Both the position numbers and the translations under genes were made by a program. DNA of 64,000 bases from Armatimonadota bacterium (GTDB lineage Bacteria > Armatimonadota > SYMT01), in assembly GCA_046292385.1 (NCBI GenBank), contig JBKBRF010000006.1, forward strand, positions 96,001 to 160,000, given 5' to 3'. Positions 22,693 to 32,065 of this stretch are shown here, in pieces. The notes beneath the pieces are model-generated. The model made no database searches. It had not been told where the DNA came from and saw only the letters and a program-made list of their open reading frames with translations. Within the stretch, counting starts at the first letter, position 1; every line of letters starts with the position of its first letter.

Positions 22693-22842
22693 CGCCCTCA
22701 GAGTCGGCTGCGGAAGCCTCGGCGTCGGCGTATGCTCTTAATATTCTCGACGGGTGCTTCGAGGGGTGAAGCTTCGACTCCCGCGTCTCACGCGGGGGTT
22801 GTCCGGGTATAGCCAGCAGGATCTTCAGAGGAGATGCTGCGG

Positions 22843-23418
22843 ATGGCGATCGAGGTGAGGGAGACGCGAGTGCGGGGCGGGCGGGCGGCCGCGCCGGCCC
22901 CCGGAGCTGCGCCGGGGATGGCGAGCGTGGTGCGACGCAACATCCAGGCACTGCTGGAGGCGCGCACCGCCGCGGAGCAGCGGGCCAGCCGGGAGGAGCA
23001 CATCGCCGACGCGATCACGCGCTTTACCGGCTCGATGCGCTTCGTCTACCTCCACGCGGTCCTCTTCGGCGGCTGGCTCCTGATCAACGTCGGCTGGGTG
23101 CCCGGCCTGCGGCCCTGGGACCCGTTCCCGTTCGTGATGCTCGCGATGATTGCTTCGGTCGAAGCGATCTTCCTCTCCACTTTCGTCCTGATCAGCCAGA
23201 ACCGCATGTCGGTGATGGCGGAGCGGCGAGCGGAGCTCGACCTCCATATCAGCCTGCTCGCGGAGCACGAAGTCACTCGCCTGATCCAGATGGTCGACAC
23301 TCTCTCCCAGCGTCTCGGGGCCGGCTGCCACGGAGATCCGGAGACGGAGGAGCTGAAGCAGGACGTGGCGCCGGAAGCGGTGCTGCACGAGATCGAAGAG
23401 GCGGAAGCGCAGCGGTAG
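22843..23418 (+). CDS. DUF1003 family membrane protein
   Basis: ADAITRFTGSMRF, WDPFPF..L...SVEAIFLSTFVLISQNR, ELDLHISLLAEHE; GAGGAG RBS fits ATG at 22843. Confidence 0.9.
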   Translation: MAIEVRETRVRGGRAAAPAPGAAPGMASVVRRNIQALLEARTAAEQRASREEHIADAITRFTGSMRFVYLHAVLFGGWLLINVGWVPGLRPWDPFPFVMLAMIASVEAIFLSTFVLISQNRMSVMAERRAELDLHISLLAEHEVTRLIQMVDTLSQRLGAGCHGDPETEELKQDVAPEAVLHEIEEAEAQR

Positions 23419-23542
23419 CGCGCCCGCCGTTCGGAACCGCGCAGGCGGTCTCCGCGCGCTTGGCCTTGCGGAGCTCGGAGGCGAAGCCGGAGGGATCTAG
23501 ATTCTGCCGGTGAGACGGGCAGTCCTACCGTCCTCCGCCCCA

Positions 23543-23640
23543 GTCATCCTGAGCGAACGTGAAAGATCTCGGCAGCTGTATTGGACCGGGAAACGCAGGC
23601 GGGTGACCAGGACTCTGCCGTCGGTTCCCTGCCGCACGCC
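23543..23640. repeat. Partial copy of a GTCATCCTGA-ended MITE/REP element (family B)
   Basis: Aligns by eye over about 95 nt with 58051-58146. Confidence 0.75.
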
Positions 23641-24013
23641 GGACGACCCGTGCTCCGGCAGCAAGGCCGCCGCCGCAATCACTGCCGCGCTGCGGGCACC
23701 CTCTCCGGACGGAAGCGAGCGGTCCGACCCGTAGGCGCCGCCTCCGCCATTCCCCGGCCCTTCTCCCCACCAGCTCGGCGCCTTCTCAAGCAGAGCGCCC
23801 ACTCCTGACCGCCGGGGTGGCAGACGAGCCCACTTGAGCATCATCTTCTTCAACCCGGGTTTACCGCTGCTCCTGCGGGGCTACTTCTAGTGAGTGCGAC
23901 TGCCTGTCCCTTGAGTTTGCGGGGACCGGCTCGCTTCCGGTCTTTCCGCCCTGCCGCCGAGCGAAACATCATCTAGCCGCTCGCCCAGGGCGCGGCGTTG
24001 AACGAGTGAGGGC

Positions 24014-25132
24014 ATGAGCAAACAAGTCTTGATTACCGGCGGAGCCGGGTTCGTTGGCTCGCACCTGGCCGATGAGCTGCTGCGCCACGAATACCGGGTG
24101 CGGGCGCTGGACAACCTGGCGCCACAGGTCCACGGCGAAGAAGGGGCGCGTCCCGCGTACCTCGACCGCGAAGTCGAGCTGATCGTCGGCGACGTGCGGG
24201 ACCCGGTGGCGGTCCGCCGCGCGCTGGAGGGCGTGGACGCCGTCTACCACCTGGCGGCGCTCGTCGGTGTCGGCCAGAGCATGTATGAGCTGGAGCGGTA
24301 CACCAGCGTGAACAACGTCGGCACCGCGGTGCTGCTGGAGGCGCTGATCGAGCGCCCGGTGGAGAAGCTGGTGGTCGCGTCCAGCATGAGCCTCTACGGC
24401 GAGGGGCTCTACCGCCGCCCGGACGGCACGATCGCCGCCGGCGTGGAGCGCTCGCTGGAGCAGCTCAAGGCGCGCCACTGGGAGGTGCGGGACGCGGAGG
24501 GCCAGGTGCTGGAGCCGCTGCCGACCCCGGAGACGAAGACGCCGGCGCTCCCTTCGATCTACGCGCTCTCCAAGTACGACCAGGAGCGGATGTGCCTCAC
24601 GGTCGGGAAGGCGTACGGCATCCCCACAGTGGCCCTCCGCTTCTTCAACATCTTCGGGACGCGCCAGGCGCTCTCCAACCCGTACACCGGCGTGCTGGCG
24701 ATCTTCGCCTCCCGCTTCCTGAACGAGAAGCCGCCGCTCATCAACGAGGACGGCTATCAGCAGCGCGACTTCGTGAGCGTGAAGGATGTGTCGCAGGCGT
24801 GCCGGCTGGCGCTGGAGGTGCCGGAGGCGGACGGCAAAGTCTTCAACGTCGGCAGCGGCCACAACTACACCATCCGCAGCATCGCGGACCGCATGGCGGA
24901 CGTGCTCGGCAAGGAGCACCTGAAGCCGGAGATCACCGGCAAGTACCGGGTCGGCGACATCCGTCACTGCTTCGCGGACATCACCCTGGCGCGGCAGGTG
25001 CTCGGCTACGAGCCGCAGGTCTCCCTGGAAGAAGGATTGGTCGAGCTGGCGGGTTGGCTGGAGGGCCAGGTCGCGGTGGATCGAGTAGAAACGGCGCGCA
25101 ACGAGCTCGCCGCGCGAGGGCTGACGGTATGA
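24014..25132 (+). CDS. NAD-dependent epimerase/dehydratase (extended SDR)
   Basis: ITGGAGFVGS, YALSK, LRFFNIFG, QRDFV, RVGDIRHCFAD. Confidence 0.93.
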   Translation: MSKQVLITGGAGFVGSHLADELLRHEYRVRALDNLAPQVHGEEGARPAYLDREVELIVGDVRDPVAVRRALEGVDAVYHLAALVGVGQSMYELERYTSVNNVGTAVLLEALIERPVEKLVVASSMSLYGEGLYRRPDGTIAAGVERSLEQLKARHWEVRDAEGQVLEPLPTPETKTPALPSIYALSKYDQERMCLTVGKAYGIPTVALRFFNIFGTRQALSNPYTGVLAIFASRFLNEKPPLINEDGYQQRDFVSVKDVSQACRLALEVPEADGKVFNVGSGHNYTIRSIADRMADVLGKEHLKPEITGKYRVGDIRHCFADITLARQVLGYEPQVSLEEGLVELAGWLEGQVAVDRVETARNELAARGLTV

Positions 25133-26280
25133 GCGCTCCTGTAACCCGCACCAACGGCCGCACCGCGGGGGCAAACGGCCAGTCGCGACCGGTGCTCATT
25201 ACCGGGGGCGCCGGCTTCGTCGGCACCAACGTGGCGCACCGCCTGCTCTCCGAAGGCCAGCCGGTCCTGGTGTTCGACAACCTCTCGCGCGCCGGCGTCC
25301 AGCAGAACCTGCAGTGGCTCCGCGACACCCACGGCAGCGCGGTGCAGGTCGAAGTCGCCGACGTCCGCGATCCGTTCGCCCTGCGCGATGCCGTGAAGCG
25401 CGCCAGCCGCGTCTTCCACTTCGCGGCGCAGGTGGCGGTGACAACGAGCCTGACCGATCCGTTCACCGACTTCGACGTGAACGCGCGCGGCACCCTGAAC
25501 CTGCTGGAGTCGATCCGCGCCTGCGACACCCCGCCGCCGCTCGTCTTCACCTCCACCAACAAGGTCTACGGCGGACTGGAAGATGTGAAGCTCCGGCTGG
25601 CGCGGCGGCGGTACGAGCCGGTCGACGCGGCGCTGCGCGCGAGCGGGATCGGAGAGAGTCGCCCGCTCGATTTCCACAGCCCGTACGGCTGCTCCAAGGG
25701 GACGGCGGACCAGTACGTGATCGACTACGCCCGCACCTACGGGATCCCGGCCGTCGTCTTCCGGATGAGCTGCATCTACGGCCCTCACCAGTTCGGCAAC
25801 GAGGACCAGGGTTGGGTGGCGCACTTCCTGATCCGCGCGCTGCAGGACCAGCCGATCACCCTCTACGGCGACGGCAACCAGGTGCGCGACCTGCTCTTCG
25901 TGGAGGACCTGGTCGACGCGTTCCTCCTGGCGCAGGAGAGGATCGAGGAGCTGTCCGGTCAGGCGTTCAACATCGGCGGCGGCCCCGCCAACTGTGCCAG
26001 CCTGCTGGAGGTGATCGAGCAGATCGAGCGGATCCGCGGGGAAGCGCCGGAGCTGCTGTTCGGCGACTGGCGCCCGGGCGACCAGCGCTACTACGTGTCC
26101 GACACCTCGAAGTTCCGCCAGGCGACCGGCTGGAAGCCGCGCGTCTCCGTGGCGGAGGGGGTGGAGCGACTCGGGGACTGGCTGCTGGAGAACCGGCAGG
26201 ATCTCCGCGCCCCGGCGCGAGCCAAAGCGCCCGCGCGCCAGCCGGCGAAGGTGCCCGCGGCCGCAGTGGTGACGGCCTGA
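25129..26280 (+). CDS. NAD-dependent epimerase, CDP-paratose/tyvelose 2-epimerase-like
   Basis: ATGA overlap; ITGGAGFVG, AAQVAVTTS, STNKVYG, HSPYGCSKG, FRMSCIYG..QFG.EDQGWVAHF, WRPGDQ. Confidence 0.9.
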   Translation: MSAPVTRTNGRTAGANGQSRPVLITGGAGFVGTNVAHRLLSEGQPVLVFDNLSRAGVQQNLQWLRDTHGSAVQVEVADVRDPFALRDAVKRASRVFHFAAQVAVTTSLTDPFTDFDVNARGTLNLLESIRACDTPPPLVFTSTNKVYGGLEDVKLRLARRRYEPVDAALRASGIGESRPLDFHSPYGCSKGTADQYVIDYARTYGIPAVVFRMSCIYGPHQFGNEDQGWVAHFLIRALQDQPITLYGDGNQVRDLLFVEDLVDAFLLAQERIEELSGQAFNIGGGPANCASLLEVIEQIERIRGEAPELLFGDWRPGDQRYYVSDTSKFRQATGWKPRVSVAEGVERLGDWLLENRQDLRAPARAKAPARQPAKVPAAAVVTA

Positions 26281-27275
26281 TGAGCGACGGAAGGCGGATG
26301 CGCGCGGCGGTCCTGGTGGAGCCGGGCCGCATGGAGCTGCAGGAGGTCCCCGTCCCCGAGCCGGACCCCGGACAGCTCCGGGTCCGGCTGGAAGGGTGCG
26401 GGGTCTGCGCTTCCAACCTCCCCCCGTGGGAGGGCCGGGAATGGTTCCAGTACCCGATGGAGCCGGGCCGGCTGGGACACGAGGGCTGGGGGATCGTCGA
26501 CGCGCTCGGTCCCGGCACCCAGGGGTTTGCCGTCGGCGATCGCGTAGCGATCCTGAGCAACCATGCCTACGCGGAGTACGACGTTGCCGGCACCGACGCC
26601 GCGGTCCGGATTCCGGCGGCGCTGGCGGACGTGCCGTTCCCGGGCGAGCCGCTCGGCTGCGCGCTGAACATCTTCCGGCGCAGCGGGGTGGAGCCCGGGC
26701 AGACCGTGGCGATCGTCGGCATCGGCTTCCTCGGGGCGCTGTTGACCCGGCTCACCGCCCGCGCGGGCGCTCGGGTGCTGGCGATCTCCCGCCGGGAGTG
26801 GTCGCTGCAGGTCGCCCGGCATGCCGGCGCGGCGGAGACGATCCCGATGGACGACCACTGGCGCATCATCGAGCGGGTGAAGGAGCTGACGGGCGGCCAG
26901 CTCTGTGACGTGGTGATCGAGGCGGTGGGGAAGCAGTGGCCGCTCGATCTCTCCGCGGAGCTGACGCGGGAGCGCGGGCGGATGATCGTGGCGGGTTACC
27001 ACCAGGACGGGCCGCGCCAGGTGAACATGCAGCTCTGGAACTGGCGCGGGCTCGACGTGATCAACGCCCACGAGCGAGAGGCGGCGGTCTACCTGAGCGG
27101 CATGCAGGCCGCGGTGGAGGCGGTCTCCTCCGGCGCGCTCGACCCGGCGCCGCTCTACACGCACCGCTATCCGCTGGAGCGGCTGGACGAGGCGCTGAAC
27201 GCCACCCGGGACCGCCCGGACGGCTTTATGAAGGCGCTGGTGATGCTGGATCGGGGCGCGGCGGCCGATGCGTAA
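26280..27275 (+). CDS. Zinc-type (MDR) alcohol dehydrogenase family protein
   Basis: CGVCASN, GHEGWG, EPLGC, GIGFLG; starts within the TGATG overlap. Confidence 0.88.
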   Translation: MSDGRRMRAAVLVEPGRMELQEVPVPEPDPGQLRVRLEGCGVCASNLPPWEGREWFQYPMEPGRLGHEGWGIVDALGPGTQGFAVGDRVAILSNHAYAEYDVAGTDAAVRIPAALADVPFPGEPLGCALNIFRRSGVEPGQTVAIVGIGFLGALLTRLTARAGARVLAISRREWSLQVARHAGAAETIPMDDHWRIIERVKELTGGQLCDVVIEAVGKQWPLDLSAELTRERGRMIVAGYHQDGPRQVNMQLWNWRGLDVINAHEREAAVYLSGMQAAVEAVSSGALDPAPLYTHRYPLERLDEALNATRDRPDGFMKALVMLDRGAAADA

Positions 27276-27300
27276 CGGAACATACTTCGCGAGGGGACCG

Positions 27301-28443
27301 ATGCGGATCTTGATGACGGCCGACACGGTGGGCGGGGTCTGGACCTACGCCCTCGAGCTGGCGGGCGCCCTCTCCACCCGCGGCGTCGAGGTGGTCCTCG
27401 CTACCCTCGGCGACCGCCCCTCACCGTCCCAGCGGGAGGCGGCGCAGCGCGTCCCGGGGCTGCAGCTGCGGAAGGGGGCGTTCCGCCTGGAGTGGATGGA
27501 CGACCCGTGGGACGACGTCGACCGCTCCTCCGAGTGGCTGCTCGAGCTGGAGGCAGAGGTGCGGCCGGACGTGGTGCACCTCTGCAGCTTCAGCCACGGC
27601 TCACTGCCGTGGACCGCGCCGTCGCTCCTGGTCGCCCACTCCTGCGTGCTCTCGTGGTGGGAGGCGGTGCGGGGGGAAGCGGCGCCGGCCGAGTGGGAGA
27701 CCTACCGGCGGCGCGTCGCGGCGGGGCTGCGCGGCGCGGACCTGGTCGCGGCACCGACGCGGGCGATGCTCGACGCGATTACCCGTCTTTACGGAAGCTT
27801 CCCTGAGGGGGTGGTGCTGCCGAACGGCCGCGCGCCGGAGGCGTTCTCGCCCAGGCAGAAGGAGCCATTCGTGCTGAGCGCGGGCCGGCTCTGGGACGAC
27901 GCGAAGAACCTCTCAGCCCTGGCGGCGGTCGCGCCGAAGGTCGGGTGGCCGGTCCACGTGGCCGGGTCGCTGGAGCATCCCTCCGGACGCACGGAGCCGG
28001 CGGCCGGCGTGGAGTGCCTGGGCCGCCTGGAGCCGCCCGTGCTGGCAGAGCAGCTCGCCCGCGCGGCGATTTACGCGCACCCGGCGCGCTACGAGCCGTT
28101 CGGCCTGGCCGTGCTGGAAGCGGCTTACTCCGGCTGCGCGCTGGTACTCGGCGACATTCCCAGCCTGCGGGAAGTCTGGGGCGACGCGGCGACCTTCGTG
28201 CGGCCCGACGACTCGGAAGCGCTCCTCGCCGCGCTGGTCCGGCTGATCGAGAGGCCGGAGGAGCGGGCGCGCATGGCGCTGCGGGCGCGAGCGCGGGCGT
28301 TCGACTACACCGCCGAGGCGATGGCGGACCGGTACGTGGAGACCTACCGGCGCCTCTCCGGTCGGCAGGGACGGGGCTCGCGGAGCGCGGCGCAGGCCCG
28401 GAAGAGTGGAGAGCCCAGGGAGGTGATCTCGTGCGGGTCGTGA
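27301..28443 (+). CDS. Glycosyltransferase family 4
   Basis: MRILMTADTVGGVWTY, AGRLWDDAKN, YEPFGLAVLEAA. Confidence 0.9.
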   Translation: MRILMTADTVGGVWTYALELAGALSTRGVEVVLATLGDRPSPSQREAAQRVPGLQLRKGAFRLEWMDDPWDDVDRSSEWLLELEAEVRPDVVHLCSFSHGSLPWTAPSLLVAHSCVLSWWEAVRGEAAPAEWETYRRRVAAGLRGADLVAAPTRAMLDAITRLYGSFPEGVVLPNGRAPEAFSPRQKEPFVLSAGRLWDDAKNLSALAAVAPKVGWPVHVAGSLEHPSGRTEPAAGVECLGRLEPPVLAEQLARAAIYAHPARYEPFGLAVLEAAYSGCALVLGDIPSLREVWGDAATFVRPDDSEALLAALVRLIERPEERARMALRARARAFDYTAEAMADRYVETYRRLSGRQGRGSRSAAQARKSGEPREVISCGS

Positions 28444-29585
28444 TGTTCTACCATTCGCTCTGTTCCGACTGGAACCACGGCAACGCACACTTCCTACGCG
28501 GCGTCGTGTCGGAGCTGATCGCGCTCGGGCACGACGTCCGCGTCTACGAGCCGCGCGACGCCTGGAGCGTGGAGAACCTGGTCCGAGACCACGGCCCCGA
28601 GGCGGTGGAGGCGTACCGCGAGGCATATCCGCAGCTCAGCTCCCGCCGCTACGACCCGGCGAGCCTCGACCTGGACGATGCGCTCTCCGGCGCGGAGCTG
28701 GTGATCGTACACGAGTGGAGCGAGCACGACCTGGTCCGCCGCATCGGGGCGCACCGGCGGGCCGGGGGCCGCTACCGGCTGCTGTTCCACGACACGCACC
28801 ACCGGGCGATCACGGAAGAGGCGAGCATGGCCCGGTACGACCTCTCCGGGTACGACGGGGTGCTCGCCTTCGGGGAGGTGCTGCGGGAGCTCTACCTGCG
28901 GAAGGGTTGGGCGCGCCGCGCCTGGACCTGGCACGAGGCGGCCGATACCCGCGTCTTCTATCCCCGCGCCGCGGGCGCGTGCGCAGGCGACCTGGTCTGG
29001 GTCGGCAACTGGGGCGACGAAGAGCGGACCGCGGAGCTGCACGAGTTCCTGCTCGGACCGGTGAAGACGCTGGGGCTCCGGGCGCGAGTGTATGGCGTCC
29101 GCTACCCGGAGCACGCCCTCGCCGCCCTGGAGGAAGCGGGCATCGAATACGGCGGCTGGCTGCCGAACTACCGCGCGCCGGAGGTCTTCGCCCGCTTCAA
29201 GATGACGGTCCACGTTCCGCGGCGGCCCTACGTCGAGGCGCTGCCGGGCATCCCGACGATCCGCCCCTTCGAGGCGCTCGCCTGCGGCATTCCGCTCGTC
29301 TCCGCGCCATGGTTGGACGCCGAGGGGCTCTTCACGCCCGGCGAGGACTTCCTGACGGCGCGGGACGGCGCGGAGATGACGCGGCACCTCGTCGCCTTAC
29401 GGGACGACGCCGGCCTGCGCGAGCAGGTAGCGGCGCGAGGGCTGCGGACTCTCCGCGCACGCCATACCTGCGCCCATCGCGTGGACGAGCTGTTGAGCAT
29501 TTATGAGGAGCTGAAATCGGTCGGACGGGGACGCCAGGCCGCGGCCGCCGCTCCCAACGCCTGGAAAGGAGCCGTGACGGCATGA
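28431..29585 (+). CDS. CgeB-family (DUF3880/Glyco_trans_1_2) glycosyltransferase
   Basis: GTG with GGAGGTG RBS; HSL.SDWNHGNAHFLRG, PTIRPFEALACG, HTCAHR. Confidence 0.88.
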   Translation: MRVVMFYHSLCSDWNHGNAHFLRGVVSELIALGHDVRVYEPRDAWSVENLVRDHGPEAVEAYREAYPQLSSRRYDPASLDLDDALSGAELVIVHEWSEHDLVRRIGAHRRAGGRYRLLFHDTHHRAITEEASMARYDLSGYDGVLAFGEVLRELYLRKGWARRAWTWHEAADTRVFYPRAAGACAGDLVWVGNWGDEERTAELHEFLLGPVKTLGLRARVYGVRYPEHALAALEEAGIEYGGWLPNYRAPEVFARFKMTVHVPRRPYVEALPGIPTIRPFEALACGIPLVSAPWLDAEGLFTPGEDFLTARDGAEMTRHLVALRDDAGLREQVAARGLRTLRARHTCAHRVDELLSIYEELKSVGRGRQAAAAAPNAWKGAVTA

Positions 29586-30670
29586 GCCGCCCGCTGAACA
29601 TCGCCTTCTTCGGTTCGAGCCTCGTCTCCGCCTACTGGAACGGCGCGGCGACCTACTACCGCGGGATCATCCGCGCCCTCCACGAGCGAGGGCACCAGGT
29701 CACCTTCTACGAGCCGGATGCCTACGACCGCCAGGAGCACCGCGACATTCCGGACCCGGACTGGGCGAAGGTGGTGGTCTACTCCGCCGACGGGGAGGAC
29801 GAGGTCCACTGCTGTGTGGAGAGCGCCCGCGGCGCCGATCTCGTGGTGAAGGCGAGCGGCGTGGGCGTCTTTGACGAGCTGCTGGAGGCGGCGGTACTGG
29901 AGCTGCAGCAGCCCGGCACGCTGGTGGCGTTCTGGGACGTCGACGCGCCCGCCACGCTCGACCGGGTCGGCAGCAACCCGAGCGACCCCTTCGCGCCGCT
30001 GATCCCCCGGTACGACATGGTCCTCACCTACGGCGGCGGCGCCCCGGTGGTGAACGCCTACCGGGGCTTCGGCGCGAGGGAGTGCATCCCGGTCTACAAC
30101 GCGCTCGATCCGAGCACGCATCATCCGGTCGATCCGGATCCCCGCTTCGAGGCGGAGCTTGGCTTCCTCGGCAACCGGCTTCCGGACCGCGAGGCGCGAG
30201 TGGAGGAGTTCTTCCTCCGCGCCGCTGCGGAGGTGCCCGGCTCCCGTTTCATGCTCGGCGGCAGCGGCTGGGGCGACAAGCCGATGCCGCAGAACGTGAG
30301 CTACGTGGGACACGTCTACACGCGCGACCACAACGCCTTCAACTGCACACCTCGCGCGGTGCTGAACATCAGCCGGGAGAGCATGGCCCGCTACGGCTTC
30401 TCCCCCGCCACCCGCGTCTTCGAAGCGGCCGGCGCCGCGGCCTGCCTGATCACCGACCACTGGGTCGGTATCGAGCTGTTCCTGGAGCCCGGCACCGAGG
30501 TGCTGGTGGCGCGGGACGGGAACGAGGTCGCCGAGCTGGTAAGCGGCCTGGACGAGGCGCGCGCCCGAGAGATCGGTCAGGCCGCCCTGCGCCGCGTGCT
30601 GGCCGAGCACACCTACGCCCACCGGGCGGAGCAGGTGGAGGGGCTGCTGCGCGAGCGGCTGGGGGTGTAA
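29582..30670 (+). CDS. CgeB-family glycosyltransferase
   Basis: SSLVSAYWNGAATYYRG, LNISR, SPATRVFEAAG, HTYAHR. Confidence 0.88.
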   Translation: MSRPLNIAFFGSSLVSAYWNGAATYYRGIIRALHERGHQVTFYEPDAYDRQEHRDIPDPDWAKVVVYSADGEDEVHCCVESARGADLVVKASGVGVFDELLEAAVLELQQPGTLVAFWDVDAPATLDRVGSNPSDPFAPLIPRYDMVLTYGGGAPVVNAYRGFGARECIPVYNALDPSTHHPVDPDPRFEAELGFLGNRLPDREARVEEFFLRAAAEVPGSRFMLGGSGWGDKPMPQNVSYVGHVYTRDHNAFNCTPRAVLNISRESMARYGFSPATRVFEAAGAAACLITDHWVGIELFLEPGTEVLVARDGNEVAELVSGLDEARAREIGQAALRRVLAEHTYAHRAEQVEGLLRERLGV

Positions 30671-30678
30671 GGCTGCGA

Positions 30679-30875
30679 GTGTAAGAAAAGGAGATGGGGA
30701 GATGGGGAACGGGGATGAGGGGGATGGGCAGCCATCCGAACCAAGTTCTTACTCCTACTCCCACTCCACTCTTACTCCTACTCGAACCGCTCGGCGCACT
30801 CTATCCGTCCCCACGAGTGAGGGTGCCCCTCGCGTGGCACCAACCTGCAAACCTGAAACCTGCCAACCTGAAACC
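30679..30875. repeat. Composite simple-sequence element followed by an (AACCTG)n tract, inside the glycan cluster
   Basis: gtgtaagaaaaggagat...gggatgggcagccatccgaac...(ctcctac)n matches 50727-50816. Confidence 0.7.
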
Positions 30876-30893
30876 GTAGTTGAAGGAGTCAAG

Positions 30894-31976
30894 ATGCGGA
30901 TCGTAATCCTGGGGTTGTCGATCACCTCGTCGTGGGGGAACGGGCACGCCACCACCTATCGCGGGCTGGTGCGGGAGCTCGCGGCGCGCGGGCACGACCT
31001 GCTCTTCCTGGAGCGGGACGTGCCGTGGTACGCGGAGAACCGCGACCTGCCCCACCCGCCGTACGGCACTACCCGGCTCTACTCCAACCTCGACGCGCTG
31101 CGGGACGAGTGGCGGGACGCCGTTCGCGAGGCGGACCTGGTGGTGGTCGGCTCCTACGTCCCGCAGGGCGTGGAGGTGGGGGAGTGGGTCCTCGGCACCG
31201 CGCGGGGGGCGACCGCCTTTTACGACATCGACACGCCGGTGACGCTCGCCAAGCTGGAGCGCGGCGACTACGAGTACCTCACGCCGTCGCTCATCTCCCG
31301 GTATGACGCCTATCTTTCCTTCTCCGGCGGACCGATCCTGCAGCGGATCGAGCGGGAGTACGGCTCCCGGATGGCGCGGCCACTCTACTGCTCGTTCGAT
31401 CCGGAGCTCTACACGCCGGAGCCGCGGGAGCTCCGGTGGGACCTGGGGTACATGGGCACCTACAGCGACGACCGGCAGCCGCCGCTCGACCGGCTCATGC
31501 TCCAGGCCGCCGCGGCCTGGGGTGAGGGACGGTTCGTGGTGGCGGGGCCGCAGTACCCGGAGTCGATCGCCTGGCCCGCCAACGTGCAGCGGATCGAGCA
31601 CCTGCCGCCGGCGGAGCACCGCGCCTTCTACAACGAGCAGCGGTTCACGCTTAACATCACCCGCGCCGACATGATCCGCGCCGGCTACTCGCCCAGCGTG
31701 CGCCTCTTCGAAGCGGCGGCGTGCGCGGTGCCGATCATCTCCGACTACTGGGACGGGCTGGGATCGTTCTTCGAGCTGGGGCGGGAGCTGCTGGTCTCTT
31801 CCTCCCCGGAAGAGACGCTGCGCTACCTGCGAGAGATTCCGGAAGAGGAGCGCCGCGCCATCGGGGAGCGGGCGCGGGAGCGCGTGCTCTCCACGCACAC
31901 CGCCGCGCACCGGGCCGCGGAGCTGGAGGGCTACGCGCTGGAGCTGCTCGAGACCCGCGCGCCGGGGCGGGTGTAG
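30894..31976 (+). CDS. CgeB-family glycosyltransferase
   Basis: AAGGAG RBS; GLSITSSWGNGHATTYRG, LNITR, SPSVRLFEAAAC, HTAAHR. Confidence 0.88.
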   Translation: MRIVILGLSITSSWGNGHATTYRGLVRELAARGHDLLFLERDVPWYAENRDLPHPPYGTTRLYSNLDALRDEWRDAVREADLVVVGSYVPQGVEVGEWVLGTARGATAFYDIDTPVTLAKLERGDYEYLTPSLISRYDAYLSFSGGPILQRIEREYGSRMARPLYCSFDPELYTPEPRELRWDLGYMGTYSDDRQPPLDRLMLQAAAAWGEGRFVVAGPQYPESIAWPANVQRIEHLPPAEHRAFYNEQRFTLNITRADMIRAGYSPSVRLFEAAACAVPIISDYWDGLGSFFELGRELLVSSSPEETLRYLREIPEEERRAIGERARERVLSTHTAAHRAAELEGYALELLETRAPGRV

Positions 31977-32065
31977 GGCCGGAGAGCCGCGTTCGGATGG
32001 GGGAGCGTGCCTGCAGACGCCGGCCCGGGCGAGGTAGACTGCTACTGTCTCCCGGAGGGCCTTAC

